This document shows positions 1 to 8,888 of a DNA stretch of 24,000 nt, piece after piece. Each line of letters opens with the position of its first letter. The stretch's first letter is position 1. The DNA comes from an uncultured Coriobacteriaceae bacterium (GTDB lineage Bacteria > Actinomycetota > Coriobacteriia > Coriobacteriales > Atopobiaceae), in NCBI GenBank assembly GCA_902790135.1, contig CADAQM010000003.1, positions 5,761 through 29,760 on the forward strand, in the 5' to 3' direction. The notes under the pieces were generated by a model. That model did not search any database. It had not been told where the DNA came from and saw nothing but the letters and a program-made list of their open reading frames with translations. The position numbers were made by a program, and so were the translations under genes.

Positions 1-1035
1 GTCGGACGGAATCGTCGCGATCTTGTGCAGGAAGGTGTTGCGCGGGGTGGTGTTGACGATCTCGTCGCCGTTGATCTTGATCGAGCCGCTCTCGGCCTTG
101 ACGATGTTGGTGATGGCGTCGACGAGCTCCTGCTGGCCATTGCCGTCGATGCCCGCGATGCCTACGATCTCGCCCGAGCGGATGTCGAGGTTGAGGTGAC
201 GAACCTGCTCGATGCCGCGGTCGTCCTTGACGGTGAGGTCGCGGATGGAGAGGACCGTCTCGCCCGGGTGCGCCGGGGTCTTCTCGACGGTCAGGTTGAC
301 GTTGCGGCCGACCATTTTGGAGGCAAGCTCGGTCTCGTTGGTCTGGTGCACGTCGACCGTGCCCATGTAGACGCCGCGACGGATGATCGAGCACTCGTCG
401 GCGGACTGCATGATCTCCCTGAGCTTGTGGGTGATGATGATGATCGTCTTGCCCTTGGCAATCAGGTCATGCATGATCTCGATGAGCTTGTCAATCTCCT
501 GCGGGGTGAGGACGGCAGTGGGCTCGTCGAGGATCAGGACCTCGGCGCCGCGGTAGAGCGCCTTGAGGATCTCGACGCGCTGCTGCATGCCGACGGTGAT
601 GTCCTGGATCTTGGCATCCGGATCGACGTCAAAGCCGTACTCGTCGACAAGCTCCATGACCTCCTTGCGTGCACGGGCCATGTCGAGGATGCCAGCCGCA
701 CCACAGACCTCGTCGCCCAAGATGATGTTCTCGGTCACGGTGAAGTTCTCCACCAGCATGAAGTGCTGGTGGACCATGCCGATGCCATGCTTGATGGCCT
801 CAGTTGGGTTGGTAATGCTGACCTTCTCGCCGCTCATGAAGATGTCGCCCTCGTCAGCCTGGTAGAGGCCATAGAGGATGTTCATGAGCGTGGTTTTACC
901 TGCGCCATTCTCGCCCAAGATTGCATGGACCGTCTGCTTCTTGACGTCAAGATCCACGCGGTCGAGGGCCGTGAACGCACCGAAGGTCTTTAGGATGCCG
1001 TGCATCTGCACCGCATACTCCGGACTCACTTCCAC
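1..1035 (-). CDS. ABC transporter ATP-binding protein (BMP/nucleoside-type uptake system). N-terminal ~345 aa only; the C-terminus runs off the left edge.
   Basis: This ORF is not in the track because it has no stop inside the window. Reverse translation from a GTG at 1035 (or an in-frame ATG at 1005) reads V..MHGILKTFGAFTALDRVDLDVKKQTVHAILGENGAGKTTLMNILYGLYQADEG... The Walker A motif GENGAGKTT lies at about 889-912. GGGAGG sits 6 nt upstream of the GTG. The gene lies directly downstream of the BMP lipoprotein gene on the same strand. Confidence 0.85.
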   Translation of the reverse strand, partial: MEVSPEYAVQMHGILKTFGAFTALDRVDLDVKKQTVHAILGENGAGKTTLMNILYGLYQADEGDIFMSGEKVSITNPTEAIKHGIGMVHQHFMLVENFTVTENIILGDEVCGAAGILDMARARKEVMELVDEYGFDVDPDAKIQDITVGMQQRVEILKALYRGAEVLILDEPTAVLTPQEIDKLIEIMHDLIAKGKTIIIITHKLREIMQSADECSIIRRGVYMGTVDVHQTNETELASKMVGRNVNLTVEKTPAHPGETVLSIRDLTVKDDRGIEQVRHLNLDIRSGEIVGIAGIDGNGQQELVDAITNIVKAESGSIKINGDEIVNTTPRNTFLHKIATIPSD

Positions 1036-1215
1036 GTGCCACCTCCCTAGATTGACTCCGCATACATGATAGTTGACCGCACACTGTGGAGGATACGTGA
1101 ACCCGATACTTTTTAAGCCAGAAATGGCACAGCGCTCATCCATATGCGGGCGACATAGGCGCGCCGCGCGGAGGGTGACACACAAACTCCCACGGAGAGA
1201 ATGTGTTACGCGCGC

Positions 1216-1247
1216 GAAAAAAGGAGCGCACCCTGCGGTGCGCTCCT
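1216..1247 (-). terminator. Rho-independent terminator or attenuator between the binding-protein gene and the ABC ATPase gene
   Basis: On the minus strand: AGGAGCGCAC-cgcagg-GTGCGCTCCT, a 10-bp perfect stem (1222-1231 / 1238-1247), followed by TTTTTT (A-run 1216-1221 on the plus strand). It lies 25 nt downstream of the stop at 1272. Confidence 0.6.
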
Positions 1248-1271
1248 CTGCAATGCGTATGTGCGTGAGGC

Positions 1272-2336
1272 CTAGAGACCAGCCACGAACTCGTCGAGGG
1301 TAGCCTTGGTGTCGGGAACGACGATGTCGCCGCTCTTGATCTTCTCGATGAGGGCGAGGGTCTCGTCGTAGAGGTCGGCGTTGATGGTGTCGAGCACGTC
1401 GTGGGTCGGGGCGATGCCGATGGCGTCCTCAGCAGCACCGAGGATGATGTTGTCGCCGCCGACGATGGAGCCGTCGATGATGCCGTTGGAGACGTTGACG
1501 ACAGCCTCGTCGACCTTCTTGAGGGCGGAGGTGATGATGGTCTTGTAGTCGGGGAACAGGACAGCCTGGTCCTGGTCGACGCCGATGCTCCAGACGCCAG
1601 CGTCATTGCAGGCCTCGAGCATACCCACGCCAGTGCCGCCAGCGGCATGGTACAGGACGTCGCAGCCGTTCTTGATCATCTTCTGGGCGATGGACTTGCC
1701 CTTGGCGGCGTCGCCGAAGGACTCGGCGTACTGGCCCTGGTACTCCACCTTGGTGCCCTGCTCGGCGTTGGCATACTCGATACCAGCGTAGAAGCCGTAC
1801 TCGAACTGCTGGATGGTCTCGGAGCTCATGCCGCCCACAAAGCCGACCTTGCCGGACTTGCTGACGCGAGCCGCGATGTAACCAACGGCAAACGAGGGCT
1901 CCTGAGCCTTGAACAGAACGCCGGTCAGGTTCTCGGCGCCGTTGTCGTTGGTGCCGTCGATGAGGGCGAACTGGACGTCGTCGTTCTGCTCGGCGGCGTT
2001 GTTGACAGCCTCAGCCATGGCGAAGCCGATGCCCCAGATGAGGTCGGCGCCGTCGTCATAGGCCTTGTCGAGGTTGGTGGCGTAGTCGGCGTCCTGCTTG
2101 GACTCGATGTAGGAGACCTCCCAGCCGTTGTCGGCCTCGAGCTGCTGCATGCCGGCCCAGGCGAGCTGGTTGAAGGACTGGTCGTTGACGCCACCGGTAT
2201 CGGTGACCATCTCGATCTTGACGGAGTCGTCGCCAGCACCCTCGCTCGCGCCGCCGCCGCAACCGGCCAGGGCTGCAAGAGCGCCAACACCCATAGTAGT
2301 GGCAAAGGTACGACGGGTCATCTTGGCATCGAACAT
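1272..2336 (-). CDS. BMP-family (PnrA/Med-like) ABC substrate-binding lipoprotein, probably nucleoside-binding
   Basis: The protein starts MFDAKMTRRTFATTMGVGALAALAGCGGG, which has a twin-arginine-like signal and an LAGC lipobox. The body has typical BMP family sequence (VTDTGGVNDQSFNQ..., GFVGGM...). AAGGGAGAG lies upstream of the ATG at 2336. The track ORF extends to 2411, but that extension has no SD support. Confidence 0.9.
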   Translation of the reverse strand: MFDAKMTRRTFATTMGVGALAALAGCGGGASEGAGDDSVKIEMVTDTGGVNDQSFNQLAWAGMQQLEADNGWEVSYIESKQDADYATNLDKAYDDGADLIWGIGFAMAEAVNNAAEQNDDVQFALIDGTNDNGAENLTGVLFKAQEPSFAVGYIAARVSKSGKVGFVGGMSSETIQQFEYGFYAGIEYANAEQGTKVEYQGQYAESFGDAAKGKSIAQKMIKNGCDVLYHAAGGTGVGMLEACNDAGVWSIGVDQDQAVLFPDYKTIITSALKKVDEAVVNVSNGIIDGSIVGGDNIILGAAEDAIGIAPTHDVLDTINADLYDETLALIEKIKSGDIVVPDTKATLDEFVAGL

Positions 2337-2446
2337 ACGCACTCTCCCTTTTCCTGCGCGCCTGCGACCCCATGCCGCAGGTCTGCTATAACCACGGGGT
2401 CTCCCCCGCATTTACCTGAATTCACACACACGAAACACTATAACGC

Positions 2447-3160
2447 TTACTCCGCGTTCTGTGCAGCCACGTCGAGAGCTATTTCCATCATCTCAGTGAA
2501 ACTGTTCTGACGATCCTCGGCCGAGAGGCTTCCATCGCGCAGCACGAGGTCCGAAACGGTCATGATGCCGAGTGCGCGCTTGCCCGCCGCGACGGCATTG
2601 AGGTAGAGCGCGGCAGCCTCCATCTCCACGCCGAGCACGCCCATCGCAGCCCACGCCTCGCTGCCGGAGCGGTCGCTGTAGAAGACGTCGGAGGACAGCA
2701 GGTTGCCCACGTGGTAGCGGGCCCCGCGCGCCTCGGCCGCCTCGACCGCCTGGCGCAGCATGGTGAAGTCGGCGATTGGCGCGATGGTGCCAGGCAGCTT
2801 GTACTGCGCGGCAAAGTTGGAGTCGGTGCAGGCGCCCTGGCCAATGAGGATGTCGCGAAGCTCGACCCCTGGCGCCAGGCCGCCGGCACTGCCAATGCGG
2901 ATGATGGCGTCCACGTCATAGAAGTGATACAGCTCGTACGAGTAGATAGCGATGGAGGGGATTCCCATGCCGCTGCCCATGACCGAGATGCGTTTGCCCT
3001 GGTAGGCGCCCGTATAGCCAAACATGTTACGGACCTGGTTGAAGCAGACGACGTCGCTCAGGTAGTTCTCGGCGACGTACTTGGCGCGCAGCGGGTCGCC
3101 AGGCATGAGCACGACCTTGGCGATGTCGCCCTTCTGTGCGGAGTTGTGAGGCGTAGGCAT
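2447..3160 (-). CDS. deoD: Purine nucleoside phosphorylase, DeoD type
   Basis: MPTPHNSAQKGDIAKVVLMPGDPLRAKYVAENYL...GMGIPSIAIYSYEL...VEMEAAALY closely parallels E. coli DeoD as I recall it. AAGGGAG lies upstream of the ATG at 3160. Confidence 0.92.
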   Translation of the reverse strand: MPTPHNSAQKGDIAKVVLMPGDPLRAKYVAENYLSDVVCFNQVRNMFGYTGAYQGKRISVMGSGMGIPSIAIYSYELYHFYDVDAIIRIGSAGGLAPGVELRDILIGQGACTDSNFAAQYKLPGTIAPIADFTMLRQAVEAAEARGARYHVGNLLSSDVFYSDRSGSEAWAAMGVLGVEMEAAALYLNAVAAGKRALGIMTVSDLVLRDGSLSAEDRQNSFTEMMEIALDVAAQNAE

Positions 3161-3229
3161 GATGCACTCCCTTCGTTCGTCTTTCGGTTCGAGAGCCATG
3201 GTGCCGGAGATGCGGCCCACGGCGAGACA

Positions 3230-4417
3230 TCACGGTTGCAGGATTTCGGAGAGGCGGCTCTCCCCCGTCGCAAGCGGGGTGGCGCCCAGGTAGTCGAGCA
3301 CGGTAGCGGAGAGGTCCGCGAAGGTGGGCAGAACGCCGAGGTCAGCGCCCTGGCGCACGTGCGGGCCAGCAATGAGCCACGGCACGCACTCGCGGCTGTG
3401 GTCCGTGGAGGGGGTCACCGGGTCGCAGCCGTGGTCGGCCGTGATCATCAGCAGGTCGTCGTCGCGCAGCTTTGCCAGCAGCTCGGGCAGTTTGGCGTCA
3501 AAGTAGCTGATCGCCTTGGCGTAGCCGTCCACGTCGTTGCGGTGGCCGTAGATCATGTCGGTATCCACCAGGTTGGTGTAGCAGAGCCCATTGAAGTCGC
3601 GGTCCATCCACGCCAGGGTCTTGTCGATGCCGTCGGGGTTGTCCCTGGTGAGGATGTGGTCGGTGGTGCCCCTGCCGGCAAAGAGGTCGAAAATCTTGCC
3701 CACGGCGAGCACGTCGAAGCCCTCCTCCTTGAGGCGGTCGAGCATCGTCGTGCCCGTCGGCTCGAGCGAGTAGTCGTGGCGGCGCTTGGTGCGCTGGTAG
3801 GGCCACTCGCCCTCAAAGGGACGCGCAATGACGCGACCCACGCCGTGCTCGCCCTGCAGCTGCTCGCGGGCGATGTGGCAGTACTCGTAGAGCTGCTCCA
3901 CGGGCACCACGCTCTCGTGCGCGGCAATCTGGAAGACGCTGTCGGCCGAGGTGTAGACGATCAGCGCGCCGGTCTCCACCTGCTCGCGGCCGTAGTCGCG
4001 GATGACGTCGGTGCCGGAGTAGGGCAGGTTGCAGATGACCTTGCGACCGGTAGCCTTCTCGAAGGGCTCGATCACCTCGGGCGGGAAGCCCTGCGGGTAG
4101 GTGGGGAACGGCCGCGGGCTGATGACGCCCGCCATCTCCCAGTGCCCGACCGTGCTGTCCTTGCCCTGGCTGGTCTCCTGCATGCGCGCAAAGGCGCCGG
4201 TCGGGGCCGCGATGGGCACGAGCGAGTGGTCGTAGACCGACTCGAGAGCGCCGTCGATGTTGCAAAGCCCCAGCTGCGTGAGGTTGGGAATGCTGAAGTG
4301 CGGGCTCGTGGCGCAGGCGCAGAGCGTGTTTGAGCCCTCGTCGCCCCATGCGGCAGCGTCGGGCATCTCGCCGATCCCAAAGCTGTCGAGCACGATGACA
4401 AAGACGCGTTTGCCCAT
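3230..4417 (-). CDS. deoB: Phosphopentomutase
   Basis: The protein starts MGKRVFVIVLDSFGIGEMPDAAAWGDEGSNTL..., and ITADHGCDP lies near the C-terminus, a DeoB hallmark. The ATG at 4417 is in frame with the track ORF, whose upstream 117 codons look non-coding. An AAAGAGAGG SD lies upstream. Confidence 0.92.
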   Translation of the reverse strand: MGKRVFVIVLDSFGIGEMPDAAAWGDEGSNTLCACATSPHFSIPNLTQLGLCNIDGALESVYDHSLVPIAAPTGAFARMQETSQGKDSTVGHWEMAGVISPRPFPTYPQGFPPEVIEPFEKATGRKVICNLPYSGTDVIRDYGREQVETGALIVYTSADSVFQIAAHESVVPVEQLYEYCHIAREQLQGEHGVGRVIARPFEGEWPYQRTKRRHDYSLEPTGTTMLDRLKEEGFDVLAVGKIFDLFAGRGTTDHILTRDNPDGIDKTLAWMDRDFNGLCYTNLVDTDMIYGHRNDVDGYAKAISYFDAKLPELLAKLRDDDLLMITADHGCDPVTPSTDHSRECVPWLIAGPHVRQGADLGVLPTFADLSATVLDYLGATPLATGESRLSEILQP

Positions 4418-4520
4418 GGTCGCCTCTCTTTCCCTTGACCCAATGGTTGCATCGATGATACCGCGCGCGGGCCATATCCCCCGCGATGGTCTACCATGAC
4501 CGGCAGAAGGGAGCTTGACG

Positions 4521-5444
4521 ATGGAGCAAAGACCGTATGTGGTAGTCATCGGCGGCGCGAACATGGACATCTGCGGCCGGCCGACGGGAGAGGTCGTGGC
4601 GGGGGACTCCAACCTGGGGACGGTGCGCCTCTCCCCCGGCGGCGTGGGGCGCAACATTGCCCACAACCTCGCGCTGCTTGGCGTCGACGTGCGCCTGGTC
4701 ACCTGCTTTGGCGAGGATGCGCAGGCAGACGCGCTGGTGGAGAGCTGTGCCGTGGCCGGCATCGACATCGCGCACTCGTTTGCCGTGGCAGGCGGCGCGA
4801 CCTCGACCTACCTGTATGTGACCGACGCGCAGGGCGAGATGCAGGTGGCCATCAACGACATGGCGATCCTTGAGCAGCTGACGCCAGAGCGCGTGGCCGA
4901 GCGGCTGGAGGTCATCCAAGGCGCGGCCGCGGTGGTGGTGGACACCAACGTTCCCGCCGAGACGATCCGCTGGATAGCCGAGCACGTAAAGCGGCCGCTC
5001 TTCTGCGACCCCATCTCCACGGTCAAGGCCCAGCGCGTTGCCGCCGTGTTGGGGTCTTTTTGCACGCTCAAGCCCAACCGGCTGGAGGCGGAGACGCTGA
5101 GCGGGGTTGCCATCACCGACGAAGCAAGCCTTGGCGAGGCGGCCGCTGCGCTTTTGGCCACCGGCCTTGGGCGCGCGTTTGTCTCGCTCGGCTCCAAGGG
5201 CGTGCTTTGCGCCGAGAAGGACCGGCTGGTACGGCTGCCCTTGCTCCCCTGCAAGGTCGTCAACACCACCGGCGGTGGCGATGCCATGATGGCAGGCCTC
5301 GTCTGGGCGTACCTGCAAGGCTTTGACCTGCGCGAATCCGGATTGGCTGGCCTTGCGGCGTCGGCGATTGCCGTGGAGAGCCCAGAGACTGTGAGCCCCG
5401 CCATGAGCGTGGCGGCCCTTGAGGAGCGCATGGGCCTTGCCTGA
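4521..5444 (+). CDS. psuK: Pseudouridine kinase (PfkB family)
   Basis: VVVIGGANMDI...SPGGVGRNIAHNLALLG...TLKPNRLEAETLSG...NTTGGGDAMMAGL matches E. coli PsuK/YeiC motifs nearly verbatim. GAAGGGA lies 8 nt upstream of the ATG at 4521. The gene is followed directly by psuG. Confidence 0.85.
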   Translation: MEQRPYVVVIGGANMDICGRPTGEVVAGDSNLGTVRLSPGGVGRNIAHNLALLGVDVRLVTCFGEDAQADALVESCAVAGIDIAHSFAVAGGATSTYLYVTDAQGEMQVAINDMAILEQLTPERVAERLEVIQGAAAVVVDTNVPAETIRWIAEHVKRPLFCDPISTVKAQRVAAVLGSFCTLKPNRLEAETLSGVAITDEASLGEAAAALLATGLGRAFVSLGSKGVLCAEKDRLVRLPLLPCKVVNTTGGGDAMMAGLVWAYLQGFDLRESGLAGLAASAIAVESPETVSPAMSVAALEERMGLA

Positions 5445-5519
5445 CCGCACAAGGACTCAAATGCTGACGAGAGCCACATACGCGCTATGCTTGTTGTGGC
5501 CAAGACGAAAGGAACGATT

Positions 5520-6461
5520 ATGACCAACCAGAACCAGAACCTCAGCCGCTACCTTGACCTGACGCCTGAGGTCGCCGAGGCGCTTGCCAACAACAAGCCG
5601 GTGGTCGCGCTAGAGTCGACCATCATCAGCCACGGCATGCCCTATCCGCAGAACGTCGAGACCGCCCTGCGCGTGGAGGCCATCGTCCGCGAGCACGGGG
5701 CGGTGCCGGCAACGGTGGCCGTCATCGGCGGGCGACTGCGCGCGGGCCTCACGCCCGACGAGATCGACTACCTGGGGCGCAAGGGGCGCGCGGTGATTAA
5801 GGTCAGCCGTCGCGACCTGCCCGTGGTGGTGGCGCGCGGCCTGGACGGAGCCACCACCGTGGCCTCCACCATGATCGTCGCGGCGTTGGCCGGTATCGAC
5901 GTCTTTGCCACGGGCGGAATCGGTGGCGTGCATCGCGGTGCCGAGACCACCATGGACATCTCTGCCGACCTCGAGGAGCTGGCCATGACCCCGGTCATGG
6001 TGGTCTGCGCGGGGGCGAAGTCGATCCTCGACCTCGGCCTCACACTGGAGTACCTGGAGACAAAGGGTGTGCCTGTGCTGGGCTATGGCACCGACGAGCT
6101 GCCGGCCTTCTACACGCGCCAGAGCGGCTTTGGCGTCGACTACCGCGTGGACACCCCCGCAGAGCTGGCCTCCATCCTGCACACCCAGCGCGAGCTGAAC
6201 TTCCCCGGCGGCATCCTCGTGGGCAACCCCATCCCCGAGCAGTACTCGATGGACAAGGCCGTCATCGACAAGGCCATCGACCAGGCGCTGGCCGAGTGCG
6301 AGGAGCAGGGCATCCATGGCAAGGAGACCACGCCGTTCCTGCTCGCGCGCATCGCCGAGATCACGGGCAACGACAGCCTGAACTCCAACATCCAGCTGGT
6401 GTTCAACAACGTGGCGCTTGGCGCCGAGATCGCCCGCGAGCTCTGCGCCCTGCGAGCATAG
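5520..6461 (+). CDS. psuG: Pseudouridine-5'-phosphate glycosidase
   Basis: KPVVALESTIISHGMPYPQNVETA...GATTVASTMIVAALAGI.VFATGGIGGVHRGAE...VVCAGAKSILDLGLTLEYLET.GVP...SNIQLVFNN tracks PsuG/YeiN along its full length. AAAGGA lies upstream of the ATG at 5520. Confidence 0.92.
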   Translation: MTNQNQNLSRYLDLTPEVAEALANNKPVVALESTIISHGMPYPQNVETALRVEAIVREHGAVPATVAVIGGRLRAGLTPDEIDYLGRKGRAVIKVSRRDLPVVVARGLDGATTVASTMIVAALAGIDVFATGGIGGVHRGAETTMDISADLEELAMTPVMVVCAGAKSILDLGLTLEYLETKGVPVLGYGTDELPAFYTRQSGFGVDYRVDTPAELASILHTQRELNFPGGILVGNPIPEQYSMDKAVIDKAIDQALAECEEQGIHGKETTPFLLARIAEITGNDSLNSNIQLVFNNVALGAEIARELCALRA

Positions 6462-6517
6462 ATTCTGTTTTGGGGACACTCCCCCATCCGCCTAGTCCAG
6501 TCAAAGGGAGGAAAGCC

Positions 6518-7423
6518 ATGTCACAGGAAGAGCAGGCGAGCAAAGACAAGCTCCCGCGCGTGCCGTTGGACAAGGTGGACGAGCTGATAGAGCTGATCCG
6601 CACGCGGACGAACATGCCCGCCTTCAGGTTGAGAATCGATGCAAGCCGTACGCCCGGCCTCACCGACACCAAGCTGGGCGGCCTTCCCTACTGGCCGGCC
6701 GACCTCGCCTATCCCACCACGCCCAAGGGGCAGAAGCTCATGCTGCTCGCCCAGCTGCGACTCGCGGACTTTGGCGGCGACGAGCGCCTGCCCGGCCAGG
6801 GGCTTCTGCAGTTCTTCATCGATGCTACGGACGACTGCTCGGGCATGGACTTCGACGACTCCACACGCCAGAACGGTTTCCGCGTGATATGGCACGAGAC
6901 GATCGACCCCGCCGTCACGCCCGAGCAGGTGGAGGCAATCGGCATGCCCACTTCGCTCGTTGGCTTTGACGAGGACTATCTGGGCAACCCGCTCACCGGC
7001 GAGTTTGCCCTCAACGTGGAGCCCACGACGAGCTGCATGAACACCGCAGACGGTCGCATCGACGACTTGTTTGTTGCCTGCTGCCGCGGGCTTTTGGGCG
7101 ACGACTTCGTCGCCGGCCGCGACAGCTACTGGGACCTGCTCGACAAGGATGGCGTGGACAGGCTGTTTGACGAGCTCAAGTGCCCCGAGCCTGCCCATCT
7201 GGTGTTTGGGTACCCGTTCTTCACGCAGGAGGATCCGCGCTACGGCGCGCTCATGGACGAGTTCGACACGCTGCTGCTGCAGGTTGACTCGGAGGGCGAG
7301 CCCGGCACCGGCAAGGACCGCGTGCTGTGGGGAGACGTAGGCATCGGTGGCTTCTTCATCAACGGCGATGCCCTGCGGCGCGGCGACTTCTCACGCGTAC
7401 TCTTCAACTGGGACTGCTACTAG
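6518..7423 (+). CDS. DUF1963 (YwqG-family) domain protein
   Basis: TKLGGLPYWPAD...KLMLLAQLRLADF...GQGLLQFFID...RVLWGDVGIGGFFI are the characteristic DUF1963 blocks. A strong AAAGGGAGG SD lies upstream of the ATG at 6518. Confidence 0.8.
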   Translation: MSQEEQASKDKLPRVPLDKVDELIELIRTRTNMPAFRLRIDASRTPGLTDTKLGGLPYWPADLAYPTTPKGQKLMLLAQLRLADFGGDERLPGQGLLQFFIDATDDCSGMDFDDSTRQNGFRVIWHETIDPAVTPEQVEAIGMPTSLVGFDEDYLGNPLTGEFALNVEPTTSCMNTADGRIDDLFVACCRGLLGDDFVAGRDSYWDLLDKDGVDRLFDELKCPEPAHLVFGYPFFTQEDPRYGALMDEFDTLLLQVDSEGEPGTGKDRVLWGDVGIGGFFINGDALRRGDFSRVLFNWDCY

Positions 7424-7442
7424 GCATTCGTTTGCAGAAAAA

Positions 7443-7482
7443 GGATACCCCCAAACCGCAGCTTTGCGGTTTGGGGGTATCC
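7443..7482. terminator. Bidirectional intrinsic-terminator-like hairpin between convergent genes
   Basis: GGATACCCCCAAACCGCA-gctt-TGCGGTTTGGGGGTATCC is an 18-bp perfect stem with a 4-nt loop. It lies between the stop at 7423 (+) and the stop at 7499 (-). An A-run precedes it, and there is no clean T-run on the plus side. Confidence 0.6.
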
Positions 7483-7498
7483 CCTTAACGCAAGAGAG

Positions 7499-8254
7499 CT
7501 ACTCTGCGTCAGGCAGACGTAGCAGGTAGAAGGAGTAGCCCAGCGCAAGGATCAGGCTCACGCCGGGGCCAACCAGCATCGCCATCTGCTCGGATCCGAA
7601 CAGCGCCACCTGAGCGGCTTCATTCTCAAAGATGACCAACGCGTTGTTCACCATGTGGAACACCACGCACGGCCAGAGGCTGCCACCCTTGAGCAGGACC
7701 AGCACCAGCACAAAGCCCACCGACACGGCAAAGACGACCTGCACCAGCGAGGTCAACAGGTCCTGGCCGGTCGCGTTGAACGAATTCACGATGTGACCCA
7801 TGCCAAAGGTGATCGATGAGACCACCACGGCACTCGTGCGGCCGTCCTCATCCATCGCACGGAAGAGGAATCCGCGGAAGATCAGCTCCTCGATATAGCC
7901 CACGCAGCACATGCTGATCACCCAGAACAGGCACTCGGCAGCCGTGCCATCAGGCGCGATTCCAAAGAACAGCTTCTTTACGGCAATGATGGCGATCGGA
8001 AGGTACCACAGCATGCGGCTGGCCGATACGCTGGGCGCACGCAGGCCAAAATGCTCGCCCAGCCCGGAGTGGCGCACCCACGCCCACAGGACCACTGACA
8101 TCGCCAGAAGCACAGGCGCAGTAACCATCTTTTGCGCGCCGAGGTCGAGGGAGAGCGCATCCGCCTCGGAGGCCAGCAGCACGTATGCGACGATCCACGC
8201 AACGGCGAACCAGATGCGGCTCTTCTCGTAAAAACGGTCTAGCAGCTTGAACAT
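7499..8254 (-). CDS. CPBP-family intramembrane glutamic endopeptidase (CAAX protease/bacteriocin-processing family)
   Basis: A polytopic hydrophobic protein carrying the family motifs EELIFRGF, FGMGH and HMVNN. Its start at 8254 overlaps the tetR stop by 16 nt, which suggests an operon with translational coupling. Confidence 0.85.
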   Translation of the reverse strand: MFKLLDRFYEKSRIWFAVAWIVAYVLLASEADALSLDLGAQKMVTAPVLLAMSVVLWAWVRHSGLGEHFGLRAPSVSASRMLWYLPIAIIAVKKLFFGIAPDGTAAECLFWVISMCCVGYIEELIFRGFLFRAMDEDGRTSAVVVSSITFGMGHIVNSFNATGQDLLTSLVQVVFAVSVGFVLVLVLLKGGSLWPCVVFHMVNNALVIFENEAAQVALFGSEQMAMLVGPGVSLILALGYSFYLLRLPDAE

Positions 8255-8820
8255 GGGCTATCGTCCTTTCCTTGCATTGCTCCCACATAGGTGGCCTCGA
8301 GGACACCCGCCACGAGCGCCTCGTCATAGCTCAGAGAGTTGTTGGCGACAAGACTCGCAAACCCGTGCGCCGTGACGAAGATGCCGAGAAACACGCGCTG
8401 CGCATCCTCCACGCCCACGCCGGCTGACTGCGCCACCACTTGCACCATCTCCTGCACCTCCGGTGCGGCCACCATCGATGTCAGGTCCTGCCTGCCGAAC
8501 GCATCGGTCTGGAAGAGCAGCCGGAACAGGCGCGGCTCGTCGTGGGCAAAACGCACATAGTTGAGCCCCAGTTGCATGAGGGGGTCCTGCGCGGTCTCCA
8601 GCCCAGTCATGAGGTACGCACTGTGCAGCTCGTCGATGGCTTGGTAGGCGGCGTCGCGCACCTCCCCCATCGTGGCAAAGTGGTACAGGATCGGCTGGGT
8701 CGAGCAGCCAAGTGCCGAGGCCAAGGCGCGCACGTTGAGACACTCGTGACCCTGCGTTCGCACGAGTTCGACCGCTGCCGCCACTATGTCGTCCGTCGTT
8801 ATGCGAGCCGTTCTGGCCAT
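8239..8820 (-). CDS. TetR/AcrR-family transcriptional regulator
   Basis: The N-terminal HTH region reads ITTDDIVAAAVELVRTQGHECLNVRALASALGCSTQPILYHFATMGEVRDAAY. A GGAGAGG SD lies at 8826-8832. Confidence 0.88.
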   Translation of the reverse strand: MARTARITTDDIVAAAVELVRTQGHECLNVRALASALGCSTQPILYHFATMGEVRDAAYQAIDELHSAYLMTGLETAQDPLMQLGLNYVRFAHDEPRLFRLLFQTDAFGRQDLTSMVAAPEVQEMVQVVAQSAGVGVEDAQRVFLGIFVTAHGFASLVANNSLSYDEALVAGVLEATYVGAMQGKDDSPCSSC

Positions 8821-8837
8821 AGCATCCTCTCCTTTTT

Positions 8838-8851
8838 ATAACAGATGTTAT
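8838..8851. promoter_or_regulatory. Palindromic candidate TetR operator overlapping a candidate extended -10 for the yjjI-side promoter
   Basis: ATAACA-ga-TGTTAT is a perfect 6+6 palindrome immediately upstream of the tetR SD. On the plus strand, TGtTATGTT (8846-8854) has an extended -10 layout. That TetR binds here is inference only. Confidence 0.4.
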
Positions 8852-8888
8852 GTTATCAGTTTTGAGGCAATTGATGAACGTCATCTTT

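Noticed and set aside
25-993. 322-aa plus-strand ORF covering the left end
   Set aside because: It is an antisense shadow of the ABC ATPase gene. Its translation is low-complexity and D/V/L/A/G-rich, whereas the minus strand gives a clean Walker A (GENGAGKTT) ATPase.
2711-4333. 540-aa plus-strand ORF, and likewise 1401-2510 (+)
   Set aside because: They lie opposite deoD/deoB and the BMP lipoprotein gene. Their composition is typical of high-GC antisense frames (runs of A, G, V, R, D), with no motifs and no SD.
4418-4768. Upstream extensions of track ORFs: deoB to 4768, deoD to 3220, BMP to 2411, GH1-2 to 21830, psuG to 5487, DUF1963 to 6296, yjjW to 10640
   Set aside because: Family alignments, from memory of E. 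coli homologs, and SD-like sequences support the shorter internal starts. The extensions are Arg/Pro/Ser-rich and overlap neighbouring genes or intergenic signals.
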